A stretch of DNA of 64,000 nucleotides from Candidatus Woesearchaeota archaeon (GCA_964599615.1 CAZRGF010000003.1:26289-90288); one strand, 5' to 3'; numbered from the stretch's first letter, positions 9,456 to 19,814 are shown. The notes: generated by a model not told the origin, from the sequence alone. Numbers and translations are program-made.

Positions 9456-11600
9456 CTAAATTCTTGCCCCTCTTAACAAATTAGCATTACTTACCACAGT
9501 AATCGAAGAAAGGGCCATAGCAATTTCAGCAATCACTGGATGCAATAATCCTGCTATTGCCACTGGGACAGCAACTGAATTGTAGGCAAAAGCCCAGAAT
9601 AAATTTTGTTTGATTTTTCTGAAAGTAGCTCTTGAAAGTTTTATTGAAGAAACAACCCCCATAAGATTTCCTCTTGTCAGTATGATATCCCCTGCCTCTA
9701 TGGCAATATCTGTCCCTGTTCCCAGAGCAATTCCAACATTAGCTTGTTTTAAAGCGGGGGCGTCATTTATTCCATCTCCAACAAAAGCAACCATCCCTAT
9801 TTCTTGCAATTGTTCTACTTTCCTTGATTTCTCCTCTGGAAGAACATTTGCAATAACTTCATTGATTCCCACCTGATTTGCAATTGCTCTAGCTGTTTTC
9901 TCGTTATCTCCTGTAATCATGATTGTCCTGAAATTCATTTTTTTTAATTCTAAAATCGCCTTGAAAGAATCTTCTTTGACTGCATCAGCAACACCAATAA
10001 TCCCCAGAACCTTTTTATTCTCTGTAACAACCATGGTAGTATACCCTTTATTTTCAAATTCCTCTATCTTATCTTCATAATTTTTCAAAGAAATCTTCTT
10101 TTCTTTCATTAAAAAGGAATTCCCAATAAGAATATCTTTATTATTAATCTTTCCTTCAACTCCTTTTCCCCTTATAATCTTAAATCCCTTGACTTGTTTG
10201 AATTTTTTTAATCCCCCATATCCCACAATTGCCTTTGCAACAGGATGTTCAGATAATTTTTCTAAACTGGAAGCAATTTCTAGCATTTTTTCTTTGTCTT
10301 TAGATAAAACTTCTCTGACTTCGGGCTTTCCTTTAGTTATTGTCCCTGTTTTATCAAAAACAATTATCTTGACTTCTTTCATAGTCTGGATAGCTTCACC
10401 TTTCCTGATTAAAATACCTTTTTTAGCACCTATCCCCGTTCCAACCATCAAAGCAGTGGGGGTAGCTAATCCCAATGCACATGGACAAGCAATTACAAGA
10501 ACAGAAATAGCAACTTCAAGAGCTCTGCTTAAACCAAAATTAGACAAAAAAAGCCAGCTAAAAAAAGTTAGTAACGAAATAATTAAAATAACAGGAACAA
10601 AAACACTTGTTATTTTATCAGCAAGTTTTTGAATCGGGATTTTAGATCCTTGAGCTTCTTCAACAAGTTTTATAATATGCGATAAAAAAGTATCTTTTCC
10701 TATCTTAGCTGCTTTAATGTATAGAATTCCATCCTGATTAACAGTTGCCCCAATAACAAAACTTCCTTTTATTTTATCGACAGGCATACTCTCTCCTGAA
10801 ATCATGCTTTCATCAACAGAACTTTCACCCCTAATAACAACCCCATCAGTTGGAATCTTTTCTCCTGGCTTGACTATCATCACGTCATTTAACTTTATCT
10901 CAGAAATATCCATCTCCAATTCTTTATTTCCTTTCAAAATCCTTGCTTTTTTAGCCCCTAATTCCAACAACTTCTTGATTTCCTGGCTAGCTTTTCCCCT
11001 TGCTCTTGATTCAACAAATTTTCCGGTTAAGAAAAAAGCCATGATCATCGAAGAGATTCCAGAATAATCTTGGATTGAGAAGAACAAACTGAATAATCCA
11101 GTCAAGAAAGCAATAACAGTACCCAACATAATTAAAGAATCCATATTAAACTGCATGGTTGTAAAACCCCTTAATCCTGATTTGATTGTTTTAAAACCAA
11201 AGATAAAAATAACTGGAAATGCCAAAATAAGAAGAATAATTGTCATGATTTTATCAGGAAAAATCATAATCTCAAAAATTCTAGACAAAAACATGATTAT
11301 TGCGCTGGGAATAGTAAAAACCCAGGCCCAAGTCATCCTGTTTTTCCAAAAATCAGATTCATCTAATTTATTTTTAAAATTTTTTTTTAATTCCGAATCT
11401 GAGATCGAATATCCTAACTTCTTTACAGTTTCTATAACTTTACTCTCTGCAGTCTCATCCTCCACATCAACATAAAGCTTGCTTGCAGCAAAATTCACAT
11501 TAACATTTTTTATTCCTTTTATTTTTTGGACTGTCCTTTCAATATTAGCCGCACAGCTAGCACAATGCATTCCTTGAAGCTCAAACACTTTTTTTATCAT
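9456..11600 (-). CDS. copA: copper-translocating P1B-type ATPase
   Basis: N-terminal HMA motif [18 protein letters not shown] ([11 protein letters not shown]), DKTGTIT and GDGINDAP. Confidence 0.9.
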   Translation of the reverse strand: MIKKVFELQGMHCASCAANIERTVQKIKGIKNVNVNFAASKLYVDVEDETAESKVIETVKKLGYSISDSELKKNFKNKLDESDFWKNRMTWAWVFTIPSAIIMFLSRIFEIMIFPDKIMTIILLILAFPVIFIFGFKTIKSGLRGFTTMQFNMDSLIMLGTVIAFLTGLFSLFFSIQDYSGISSMIMAFFLTGKFVESRARGKASQEIKKLLELGAKKARILKGNKELEMDISEIKLNDVMIVKPGEKIPTDGVVIRGESSVDESMISGESMPVDKIKGSFVIGATVNQDGILYIKAAKIGKDTFLSHIIKLVEEAQGSKIPIQKLADKITSVFVPVILIISLLTFFSWLFLSNFGLSRALEVAISVLVIACPCALGLATPTALMVGTGIGAKKGILIRKGEAIQTMKEVKIIVFDKTGTITKGKPEVREVLSKDKEKMLEIASSLEKLSEHPVAKAIVGYGGLKKFKQVKGFKIIRGKGVEGKINNKDILIGNSFLMKEKKISLKNYEDKIEEFENKGYTTMVVTENKKVLGIIGVADAVKEDSFKAILELKKMNFRTIMITGDNEKTARAIANQVGINEVIANVLPEEKSRKVEQLQEIGMVAFVGDGINDAPALKQANVGIALGTGTDIAIEAGDIILTRGNLMGVVSSIKLSRATFRKIKQNLFWAFAYNSVAVPVAIAGLLHPVIAEIAMALSSITVVSNANLLRGARI

Positions 11601-11614
11601 TTTATATACAAGTT

Positions 11615-11767
11615 TTATGATTCTCTAATTTTTAGATATTGTTTTCTACATTTTTGACAGCAAAAATCTTTTGCTTCATCTTCTAAAGTCATGCCACACA
11701 TTTTACAACCCTTTCCAAGTTCGCTATACACTTTCTGATGACAAATAAAACAAGTCATGTTTTTCAT
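11615..11767 (-). CDS. small Cys-rich zinc-ribbon/TRASH-like protein (50 aa)
   Basis: Not in the ORF track. SD ttaggaggtaaaaATG. Translation: [50 protein letters not shown]. Sits between copA and the membrane/cupredoxin gene. Confidence 0.5.
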   Translation of the reverse strand: MKNMTCFICHQKVYSELGKGCKMCGMTLEDEAKDFCCQKCRKQYLKIRES

Positions 11768-11793
11768 TTTTACCTCCTAAAATTTAATTAAAA

Positions 11794-13050
11794 TTATCCA
11801 CCACAACTACAAGTTCCGCTAGACGCTCCACAACTTCCCCCCGAAGATTCGGGAGAAACAGAAGCAATTTGCTGCGGAGTTGCAGTCCCGTTAGCTGTTA
11901 CAATAAAACTCCCCTTTAACATTCCCATTCCACAAGTAAAGACTATTGTCCCAGTCTTATCTGGAGTAAATTCAATCACATTTAATCCTTGCTTCAATTT
12001 AACATCTACCTTATAGGCATTCATCACCAGCTCTTGATTACATCCGGTTAATTCCACAACATTGACATTCCATTTTACAGGAACCCCTTTTTGCAAAACA
12101 AAAGAGCTAGGCAAATAGCCCGAAGCATCTACTTGCATATCTACCACCTGTGAACCATTGACTATTCCAACAGAGTTAGTAGCAGAATCTCCCACAATGC
12201 CTGCTTTAATAGAATTATAGCTGAATTGACTGCCTGTTAAATCCAGTCCCCTATTTAACATAATCAACCCAAGGATTAGTACAATTATTGCAGATACCTT
12301 TAATATTCTCCCAGTAGTCTTGTGACTTATCACACTTGCAAGACTCCCAAAACCAATCATAACTGGTAAAGTCCCTAATCCAAACGCAAACAAACTGGCA
12401 GCACCACTAATCAAACTCCCTGTGCCAACAGCATAAAGATACATTGCCTGTAAAGGCCCACATGCTATGAATAAACCATTCAACAGCCCGGTTACTAGGG
12501 GCCTAGAGTATGGTCCGCTAAATTTTCTAGATTCTTTGCTGGCAAATCTTGATAAAAATTGGGGATTAAATTGTAATTTTCGAAAAAACTTCAAGCCAAA
12601 CATACTTAATGAATAAAAAATCATGAATACTCCTGCTAAAATCGCAACCCATCCCCTTAACCCCGCAGAGAATGCAATCACTCCCCCAATTAATCCAAAT
12701 ACTGCCCCCATGACTGTGTAAGATACTACCTTGCTTCCACCATAAACTAGATGTTGTTTAAATCCCTTATGCCCTTTCTCTAGATTCTTAGCAGTATAAG
12801 AAACAACAAAACCTCCACACATCGCAATGCAATGAAATCCAGTTAATATCCCCGCAGTAAATAATAATACCAAGCTTGTTTTTTCACCTACATCTGGAAG
12901 TTTTAATTCAGGGATGCTTGGTTTAATAAGATAAAAGAGAATGATAACTAAAACTACAATAAAAAGAGTTGCAAATATCCCCCATGTCTTCTTTCCTTGT
13001 TTCACATTCTCTATTGTTTTCATATTCTCTGGTTTGTTTTCTTCGTTCAT
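11794..13050 (-). CDS. metal-handling membrane protein (DsbD_2/TauE-like) fused to a cupredoxin-like C-terminal domain
   Basis: Multi-TM with GFHCIAMCGG. Soluble beta-rich C-terminus (FTCGMGMLKGSFIV). Cys/Gly tail SGGSCGASSGTCSCGG. ATGA overlap with the upstream HMA gene. Confidence 0.65.
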   Translation of the reverse strand: MNEENKPENMKTIENVKQGKKTWGIFATLFIVVLVIILFYLIKPSIPELKLPDVGEKTSLVLLFTAGILTGFHCIAMCGGFVVSYTAKNLEKGHKGFKQHLVYGGSKVVSYTVMGAVFGLIGGVIAFSAGLRGWVAILAGVFMIFYSLSMFGLKFFRKLQFNPQFLSRFASKESRKFSGPYSRPLVTGLLNGLFIACGPLQAMYLYAVGTGSLISGAASLFAFGLGTLPVMIGFGSLASVISHKTTGRILKVSAIIVLILGLIMLNRGLDLTGSQFSYNSIKAGIVGDSATNSVGIVNGSQVVDMQVDASGYLPSSFVLQKGVPVKWNVNVVELTGCNQELVMNAYKVDVKLKQGLNVIEFTPDKTGTIVFTCGMGMLKGSFIVTANGTATPQQIASVSPESSGGSCGASSGTCSCGG

Positions 13051-13244
13051 GTTATCTTGTATCCTAAGTTCTCAATTTCTTTTTTAATTTCTTTTTCAGT
13101 TATCTTCTCTGGATTAAAATCAATTTCTGCTTTCTCGCTTGAAAAATTCACACTAATTCTATTAACCTTATTTTCAAGTTCTTGCTCAATCCCCATTGCG
13201 CATGAGTTACAATGCATCCCCTTGATATTCAGTTTTATTTTCAT
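13047..13244 (-). CDS. copZ: heavy-metal-associated (HMA) copper chaperone
   Basis: 65 aa with a GMHCNSCA motif. Confidence 0.85.
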   Translation of the reverse strand: MKIKLNIKGMHCNSCAMGIEQELENKVNRISVNFSSEKAEIDFNPEKITEKEIKKEIENLGYKIT

Positions 13245-13391
13245 TTTTGATTAGTATCTCACACAAGAGCCCCATAAAATGTTTTGCTCTTGCGCAAAAG
13301 CACAATTTATTAAAAAGAAACGCCTTTTAAATCATTGTTTGTAACTAGTTTCAGACAATTAGTTTATAAACCTCAGATCGATAATTAAAAA

Positions 13392-14381
13392 ATGACGATA
13401 ATAAAGATAGATCATTTGACTAAAAAATTTAAGGAACTTGTTGCTGTAAATGATATTTCCTTCAGCATAGAAGAAGGAGAAATTTTTGGATTTTTAGGCC
13501 CTAACGGTGCTGGCAAGTCAACTACCTTGTCTATGTTGTCTACTTTGCTAGTTCCAACAAATGGTTCTGCACTAGTTAATAACTTTGATATTATCAAACA
13601 AAAAAATCAAGTTAGAAAATCAATTGGCATGGTTTTTCAAGATCCTACTTTAGATGATGAATTAACCGCCTATGAAAACATGGATTTTCATGCCAGACTT
13701 TATGATGTTTCAAAACTAACCAAGAAGAAAAAGATTTTAGAATTATTAAAATTAGTTGATTTAGACACTAGGAAAAATGATCTTGTAAAAACATTTTCCG
13801 GAGGAATGAAACGTAGGCTAGAAATTGCTCGGGGTTTATTGCATGAGCCAAAAGTTCTGTTCCTCGACGAACCAACACTTGGCTTAGACCCCCAAACCCG
13901 AAACAAAATTTGGGAATACATCCAAAAATTGAATACAGAAAAGAAACTGACTATTCTTTTGACAACACACTACATGGATGAAGCAGACAAATTATGCAAC
14001 AGAGTAGCGATAATAGACCATGGAAAAATAATTGCTATAGATACAACAAACAATCTAAAAAAACAAATTGGTGGTGAATTAATCTCAATTCAAACTGAAA
14101 ATAAAGAAAAACTAGATATTTTCTTAGAAAAATGTAGATGGTGCAAAAACATTAAACAACATGACGGCTTTATTACAATAAATGTAGATCATGCTGAAAA
14201 AGTTCTTCCTGAAATAATGAAAATTTCAAACAGAAGTAAGATAAAAATTCTCTCCATATCAATAAATAAACCAACTTTAGAAGATGTTTTCTTGTATTTC
14301 ACTGGAAAAACTATTCGAGAACAAGAATCATCTGCTTCCGACAGAATGCGTTTTAGAGGAAGAATGCATCAAAAGAGATAA
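13392..14381 (+). CDS. ABC transporter ATP-binding protein (ABC-2/DrrA-like)
   Basis: Walker A GPNGAGKST, signature SGGMKRR, Walker B VLFLDEPTLGLD. Confidence 0.9.
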   Translation: MTIIKIDHLTKKFKELVAVNDISFSIEEGEIFGFLGPNGAGKSTTLSMLSTLLVPTNGSALVNNFDIIKQKNQVRKSIGMVFQDPTLDDELTAYENMDFHARLYDVSKLTKKKKILELLKLVDLDTRKNDLVKTFSGGMKRRLEIARGLLHEPKVLFLDEPTLGLDPQTRNKIWEYIQKLNTEKKLTILLTTHYMDEADKLCNRVAIIDHGKIIAIDTTNNLKKQIGGELISIQTENKEKLDIFLEKCRWCKNIKQHDGFITINVDHAEKVLPEIMKISNRSKIKILSISINKPTLEDVFLYFTGKTIREQESSASDRMRFRGRMHQKR

Positions 14382-14382
14382 A

Positions 14383-15129
14383 ATGACAGCGGTATACACC
14401 CTCTGGTTGAGAAATGTAAAAAAATATTTACGAAGTAAGAGCAGAATAATTGGAAGTTTAGCCCAGCCATTATTTTTCTTAGTTATCCTTGGTTTTGGTT
14501 TAAAATCAATAGCACTTCCTGGAATTCAAAGCAATTATCTTGGTTTCGTTTTTCCAGGAATAATTGCTATGACCATTCTCTTTACATCTATTTTTTCAGG
14601 AATTCAGGTAATCTGGGATAAACAGTTTGGTTTTTTAAAAGAAACTCTGGTAGCTCCTGTCTCTAGAACAAGTATTATGATAGGACAGACTCTTGGTGGG
14701 GCAACAACTTCACTGATTCAAGGCACATTGATTTTGATTTTGGGCTTGATAATCACTGGAACCCACATAAATCTTTTAGGGATTATTGTTGCTCTCGTAT
14801 TCATGATTTTGATTGGGCTGTCTTTAACAGCAGTAGGAATCACTATAGCCTCAAGAATGGAAGATATGCAGGGTTTTCAATTAATAATGAATTTCTTGAT
14901 TATGCCTTTATTCCTGCTCTCAGGTGCATTATTCCCTCTAAGTTCAGCACCAAAATTCTTGCAAATACTCGCTTATATTGATCCCGTAACCTATGGTGTT
15001 GAAGGCATAAGATACGGTCTTCTTGGCACTTCCCAGATAAACCCCTTAATCTGTTTACTAGTTTTAATTGCTTTCACAATAGTCATCACAGTTGTAGGTG
15101 GAATCTCTTTTAGAAGAATAAAACTTTAA
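14383..15129 (+). CDS. ABC-2 type transporter permease
   Basis: Start at the ATG 2 nt after the ATPase stop (MTAVYTLWLRN). Six hydrophobic helices. The track start 14284 overlaps the ATPase gene. Confidence 0.8.
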   Translation: MTAVYTLWLRNVKKYLRSKSRIIGSLAQPLFFLVILGFGLKSIALPGIQSNYLGFVFPGIIAMTILFTSIFSGIQVIWDKQFGFLKETLVAPVSRTSIMIGQTLGGATTSLIQGTLILILGLIITGTHINLLGIIVALVFMILIGLSLTAVGITIASRMEDMQGFQLIMNFLIMPLFLLSGALFPLSSAPKFLQILAYIDPVTYGVEGIRYGLLGTSQINPLICLLVLIAFTIVITVVGGISFRRIKL

Positions 15130-15140
15130 TTTCTAGATAT

Positions 15141-15641
15141 CTATTTCAACAACACAACATTGGTCATTCCCCTTCGCATTCTCTGGATAAGTTGTCTTCC
15201 CTCTAACCTATCTAAAATCCGGGTTACTTTGACTTTATCAAACCCTGATTTTTCTACAAGATCAGACTGGAAAATAGTTCCTTTATTATCTAATAGTGTT
15301 TGATAAACTTTTTTTTCTTCTTGATCAAGTAATCCTAAGTTCTGCTCTTTATTTTTCAAGTGGTTATTTTGATTTTCACTTATTTTTTCCTTCACTTTCC
15401 TGATAACTATCTGTTTTTCTTCCTTGGAAAACAATAAAACTAAACCAATGACAATAATTACTGCAATCAAAGCTATAGAAGTATAGGTCTGGGTCCTGAT
15501 TGTTCCGTACATCGGGCAAGTGGTTCCATGTGAACAGCTTGTGTCAACAATAGTGGTCAAAGCAGTATTAAAAAGAATGACAATTACGCCGATTATTACT
15601 GCCATCCCAATTATCAACAATCCAACGTATTTATTTCTCAT
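15141..15641 (-). CDS. membrane-anchored winged-helix (MarR-like) regulator
   Basis: Two TM helices flank the loop CSHGTTCPMYG. C-terminal wHTH (EEKKVYQTLLDNKGTIFQSDLVEKSGFDKVKVTRILDRLEGRQLI). Confidence 0.6.
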   Translation of the reverse strand: MRNKYVGLLIIGMAVIIGVIVILFNTALTTIVDTSCSHGTTCPMYGTIRTQTYTSIALIAVIIVIGLVLLFSKEEKQIVIRKVKEKISENQNNHLKNKEQNLGLLDQEEKKVYQTLLDNKGTIFQSDLVEKSGFDKVKVTRILDRLEGRQLIQRMRRGMTNVVLLK

Positions 15642-15643
15642 GA

Positions 15644-16006
15644 TTATGTTTTATAATAAACTCTAAAATTATTTAATAAACTAACAATTTTCTTAGTAGT
15701 TTGACCTTTATAACCAACAGCACTATCGTCTAAACAAACTGATGCAAGAGGTTTTCCTTTATTCTCTTGTTTATAAGAGGGATTTTCATTAAAGTAATCT
15801 ATTGGGATTTTATACCTTTTACAATATTCCTTAAGAAAAGAATCCCCACGAGTAGAGTAAACTAAAATTTTATGTCCTTGTTTTTTTAAAATTTTTATCG
15901 CATCAACAACATTTTTATTCGGTTTTCCTGCTATTCCCCTGATAAATTTTCCGTCATACTTAGCAATAACACCCTCAAAATCAAATGCAAACGTTCTTAT
16001 TTTCAC
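15644..16006 (-). CDS. small HAD-like hydrolase-fold protein
   Basis: FAFDFEGVIA N-terminus and ILVYSTRG. 120 aa, with a 4-nt overlap with iscU. Confidence 0.45.
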   Translation of the reverse strand: MKIRTFAFDFEGVIAKYDGKFIRGIAGKPNKNVVDAIKILKKQGHKILVYSTRGDSFLKEYCKRYKIPIDYFNENPSYKQENKGKPLASVCLDDSAVGYKGQTTKKIVSLLNNFRVYYKT

Positions 16007-16482
16007 TTTTTATCCCCACACTTGAATTTATCATCAAAATTCTTTTCATGCTCTTGATTTCTCTTATGTCTCTCCTCTAATTCTTTAGGAATCTTTTTTC
16101 CTTTTTTCTTCATATAATCATAAATCGATTCACTTAATGCTTGTTCTGCAAGCAATGAACAATGCACTTTAATTGCGGGCAATCCCCCTAGCTCATTGAC
16201 CACATCTTTATTAGTTATTTTCAAAGCTTCTTGAATCGTCTTGTTTTTGGCTAATTCAATTATAACATCGGAGGTAGCAATAGCAGCAGCACACCCCAAT
16301 GTTTGGAATTTTATTTTATCGATTATATCTTTTCCCTTGATCTCCTTGACTTTGATATAAACATACATTATATCCCCACAAGTCATATTCCCGACTTTCC
16401 CAATTCCATCTGGATTCTCTATTTTTCCAACATTCTTTGGTTTCAAAAAATGTTGCATTACTTTTTCGTTGTATTGGACCAT
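16003..16482 (-). CDS. iscU: Fe-S cluster scaffold protein IscU/NifU-like
   Basis: GNMTCGD, LGCAAAIATSD and VHCSLLA (three conserved Cys). Confidence 0.85.
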   Translation of the reverse strand: MVQYNEKVMQHFLKPKNVGKIENPDGIGKVGNMTCGDIMYVYIKVKEIKGKDIIDKIKFQTLGCAAAIATSDVIIELAKNKTIQEALKITNKDVVNELGGLPAIKVHCSLLAEQALSESIYDYMKKKGKKIPKELEERHKRNQEHEKNFDDKFKCGDKK

Positions 16483-16572
16483 TTTACCTTTATGTTAATA
16501 GATTTTGTCTTTATTTTCTCTATCCGATTTATTTTCGCTATTGAAATCAGAGATAATTTTTACACTTAACTT

Positions 16573-17202
16573 TTATCTTTTTGATCTTAAATCATCTTTT
16601 TTTGCTCTTCTCATTATTGCTTTGGCAGCATAATACCCCGCACCAAAGACTATGACGCCCGGAATCAATGCGATACCCAAAGCAGGAGCCAAAGCAGCTA
16701 CCCCGATTGTACCTACAACCCCTGCCCCAACTGATTCCAGAATTGCGCTGATCCGAGGTATATCCTTTTCAACATTTTTTTGCAAGCCATCAATCTGCAT
16801 AATGAGTTTCCCATTCTTGAATATCTTGACTTTATGTTCTTCTTCGGAACATAAAATCGAAGTATTTCCTTTCATTGAAGCAGTGAATCCAGCAGCATGC
16901 CTTGTCCCATAACCTACAAAAGGCTTTGTCTTCCTGATCATAGCACCATATGCCAAGACATTTCCTTGCGTATCAACTATGACTGCACCGTCAATTGCCG
17001 CTATGCTCTTAAGTATTTTTTCAGCTCCCTTGTCAAAAAGATTGAAATTCTTGACTTTTTGTTTTATCAAAATGCTGTAATCTACCTTATCCCCTATGAC
17101 AAACAATGCACCCTCTCCTTCTTTGGCAAGATGCACAGCTATGCTCAATATTTTTTCTTCAATTTTTTTCAAAGTATTTGGTTTTTTTGCTTTTTTTGCC
17201 AT
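16573..17202 (-). CDS. diadenylate cyclase (DAC/DisA_N domain) with a C-terminal membrane anchor
   Basis: GALFVIGD, DGAVIVD and GYGTRHAAG motifs. Gly/Ala-rich hydrophobic C-terminus. Confidence 0.7.
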   Translation of the reverse strand: MAKKAKKPNTLKKIEEKILSIAVHLAKEGEGALFVIGDKVDYSILIKQKVKNFNLFDKGAEKILKSIAAIDGAVIVDTQGNVLAYGAMIRKTKPFVGYGTRHAAGFTASMKGNTSILCSEEEHKVKIFKNGKLIMQIDGLQKNVEKDIPRISAILESVGAGVVGTIGVAALAPALGIALIPGVIVFGAGYYAAKAIMRRAKKDDLRSKR

Positions 17203-17265
17203 CTTTGTAATTTATATGTTATTTACTTGTTATAAGGGTTATGTGTGATTCTCGTTCCTTTATTT

Positions 17266-17502
17266 TTATCTTTTTATTGATTGATTTAGCTCCTTAAGTA
17301 GTTCATGAATTTCAATTCCATGAGCTAAAGCCCCTTCTTCCAAGGTTTCTTCCATAGCCATTGGACATCCCATTGCACAGAACATATTATGTTTCATAAA
17401 AACTTGTCCAGTTTCTGGGAATCTAGTTATGATTTCATGAAAAGTCATATTCTTAGTAATAACTTCTTTCTTTTCTGCTTTATTTATTTTTTTCTTTACC
17501 AT
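17266..17502 (-). CDS. DUF1858-type small redox/disulfide domain protein
   Basis: 78 aa; NMTFHEIITRFPETGQVFMKHNMFCAMGCPMAMEETLEEGALAHG fits the DUF1858 pattern. Confidence 0.6.
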   Translation of the reverse strand: MVKKKINKAEKKEVITKNMTFHEIITRFPETGQVFMKHNMFCAMGCPMAMEETLEEGALAHGIEIHELLKELNQSIKR

Positions 17503-17574
17503 TCTTGATATTTTTTATATTTTCTTTATTTTATTTCACAATCTCCAATCCAATTATTAACACGTATAGGGCTG

Positions 17575-18753
17575 TTACCACCCCTTCCCAAAAGGACTTA
17601 TTTTCCTCAGTGAATTTATAATCTCTTTGATTGTCTTTATTACATAATCTATATCTTCTCCTGTGTTGTCTTTTCCCAAAGTTAGTCTCAAACTTCCATG
17701 AGCTTGTTCTGGCTTTAATCCTATTGCACTTAGAACATGGCTTGGTTCTAAACTTTTTGAAGAGCATGCACTTCCGGTTGAGACACAAATCCCTTTTTCA
17801 TCTAATCTTAGCAACAATGCTTCTCCTTCAACACCTTCAAAGGAGATATTAACATTATTATAAATTCTTTTTTCTTTTGAGCCATTTAATCTAGTTCCGG
17901 GCATTTTCAAAAGTTCATCAATAATATTCAGTTGTAATTTTCTCAGTCTTTCAGTTTCAAATTTAATTCTTGCTTTACATAATTCAGTTGCTTTTGCCAT
18001 CCCTACAGCTCCTGAAACATTTTCTGTTCCACTTCTTAAACCTGTTTCATGTCCTCCGCCATGTGTAATTGGAACAATTTTCACATTTTGATTAATATAA
18101 AGAAAACCAACCCCTTTTGGCCCATAAATTTTATGCCCTGAAACACTTAACAAATCAATATTCATTTTCTTGACATCAAGATCTAACTTACCATAGCTTT
18201 GAACAGCATCTGTATGAAAATAAATTTTATGTTTTTTGCATATTTTTCCAATTTCTTCTATTGGCTGGATTGTTCCTATTTCATTGTTGACATGCATAAT
18301 ACTAACAAGAATTGTTTCTTTAGTAATTGCTTTTTCAACATCTTTTGGATTAACTAATCCCTCTTCATTAACATCGAGCCAGGTTACTTTCCAACCCATT
18401 TTTTCTAAATACTTACAAGTTTCCCTGACAGCAGGGTGCTCTATCTTGCTTGTGATAATATGGTTTTTCTGATCCTTTGTGCCAAATGCAGCATTATCTG
18501 AAAATGCAACTCCCATAATAGCTAAATTATCAGATTCTGTTCCACCTGAAGTAAAAATGATTTCACTTGACCTCGCCCCAATAAAATCAGCAATCTGTTT
18601 TCTTGCTTTTTCTAACGCGTCTCTTGCTTCTCCCCCAAGTGCATGAAGAGAAGAAGCATTCCCAAACTTCTCAGTAAAATAGGGTTTCATAGCTTCAAAG
18701 ACTTCTAAAGCCATCGGTGTTGTTGCAGCATGATCTAAATATACTCGCTTCAT
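17575..18753 (-). CDS. iscS: cysteine desulfurase (IscS/NifS)
   Basis: PLP-Lys context SVSGHKIYGPKG, active-site STGSACSS, 392 aa. Confidence 0.9.
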   Translation of the reverse strand: MKRVYLDHAATTPMALEVFEAMKPYFTEKFGNASSLHALGGEARDALEKARKQIADFIGARSSEIIFTSGGTESDNLAIMGVAFSDNAAFGTKDQKNHIITSKIEHPAVRETCKYLEKMGWKVTWLDVNEEGLVNPKDVEKAITKETILVSIMHVNNEIGTIQPIEEIGKICKKHKIYFHTDAVQSYGKLDLDVKKMNIDLLSVSGHKIYGPKGVGFLYINQNVKIVPITHGGGHETGLRSGTENVSGAVGMAKATELCKARIKFETERLRKLQLNIIDELLKMPGTRLNGSKEKRIYNNVNISFEGVEGEALLLRLDEKGICVSTGSACSSKSLEPSHVLSAIGLKPEQAHGSLRLTLGKDNTGEDIDYVIKTIKEIINSLRKISPFGKGW

Positions 18754-19406
18754 TTTATCTCCTTTAGATATCCAGGGACGGGGATATTTTTATAGTCTTC
18801 AATTAGATTTTCTCCATTTAATATTCTTGAAAAACATTCTGCTTCTAATTTAGCATCTTCAAGAGCATTATGGAAGCCTCTTTCATCTTTAATTCCACAA
18901 AATTTCGCAACATTTTTCAAACCCATATCACTTTTTTTATCTTTAATTAAATACTTCCCAGTTAACTTTAAATATTTACATGCTGCCAGACTGTGCAAAT
19001 CCAAAGCTTTGTAAGAAAAAGGGAATTCTAGCCCATATCTTCTTGCTCTAATTTCTAAAAAAGAGACATCAAATTGAGGATGCATACACATAAAGTTCTT
19101 AATTTTTGTTTCCCCACACCATTTAAAAAAATTCTTTAACATCTCTTTTTGACCTTGTTTGTTCTTATCTCTTAATTGCTCTTCTGTTTTTCCGATTATC
19201 TCAAAAAGTTTTCTTTTTCCTTTTTCAAAGACAATATCTGCAGAGTCTATTTTCGCTTCTTGAAAAAATTGTCTTTGGAAATTATCAAAATCAATCGCCC
19301 CAATTTGAAAAATTCCCGATCTCTCAAAATCCACCCCACTAGTTTCTATATCCACCACAATCATTTCAATCCCCAAGATAGTTGACGTATTAGGAAATTC
19401 CCCCAA
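18750..19406 (-). CDS. DEDDh 3'-5' exonuclease (DnaQ-like)
   Basis: VVDIETSG (Exo I), HPQFDVSFL (Exo II), HNALEDAK (Exo III, His type). Confidence 0.75.
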   Translation of the reverse strand: MGEFPNTSTILGIEMIVVDIETSGVDFERSGIFQIGAIDFDNFQRQFFQEAKIDSADIVFEKGKRKLFEIIGKTEEQLRDKNKQGQKEMLKNFFKWCGETKIKNFMCMHPQFDVSFLEIRARRYGLEFPFSYKALDLHSLAACKYLKLTGKYLIKDKKSDMGLKNVAKFCGIKDERGFHNALEDAKLEAECFSRILNGENLIEDYKNIPVPGYLKEIK

Positions 19407-19439
19407 CTATCAAAATTTACTATATCCCTAACAATCATT

Positions 19440-19814
19440 TTATCTTGGTTTTTTTTCAAACATGCAAGAACACATGCTTAAAACTCCTTTATTATATTTT
19501 TTGCACATCTTGCAAGACAACCCGTTTTTTTTAGTCAAACTAACAAGAGCCATTATTTCTTTAACTACTTTTTTATTGTCTTTAATAATCTCCTTGGCGG
19601 ATTGTTGAAAATCTCTCTCCATGGTTTTTGGAAATTTTATTTCATTAGCTCTTTTTTTTGATAAATACTGGCTTATTGCTGCTTCTGAGGTCCCTAGAAT
19701 TTCTGCTATCTTTTTTTGTTTAAGTCCGTGTCTCTCAGCAAGAACCTTAGCTAACTCCCTTCTTACTGCGGGGATAATATACCATACTTCAATTTCCTGA
19801 GGCAATGAATACAT
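19440..19814 (-). CDS. HTH (XRE-like) transcriptional regulator with a Cys-rich C-terminus
   Basis: LKQKKIAEILGTSEAAISQYLSKKR, then a C-terminal CKMCKKYN...CSC. Confidence 0.6.
   Translation of the reverse strand: MYSLPQEIEVWYIIPAVRRELAKVLAERHGLKQKKIAEILGTSEAAISQYLSKKRANEIKFPKTMERDFQQSAKEIIKDNKKVVKEIMALVSLTKKNGLSCKMCKKYNKGVLSMCSCMFEKKPR

Noticed and set aside
9610-11475. Several 87-147-aa plus-strand ORFs inside copA (9610..9876, 10189..10632, 10804..11067, 11155..11475). Similar antisense ORFs lie inside the aaRS, IscS, RuBisCO and NTase genes.
   Set aside because: They are antisense to genes with unambiguous motifs and have hydrophobic, low-information translations typical of AT-rich antisense frames.
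14284-14382. An N-terminal extension of the ABC-2 permease ORF (track start 14284).
   Set aside because: It overlaps the 3' end of the ATPase gene in another frame. An ATG 2 nt after the ATPase stop gives a normal permease N-terminus.
17531-17788. An 85-aa ORF overlapping the 3' end of iscS in another frame.
   Set aside because: It is nested in the well-supported cysteine desulfurase gene, with Arg/Lys/Cys-rich out-of-frame composition.
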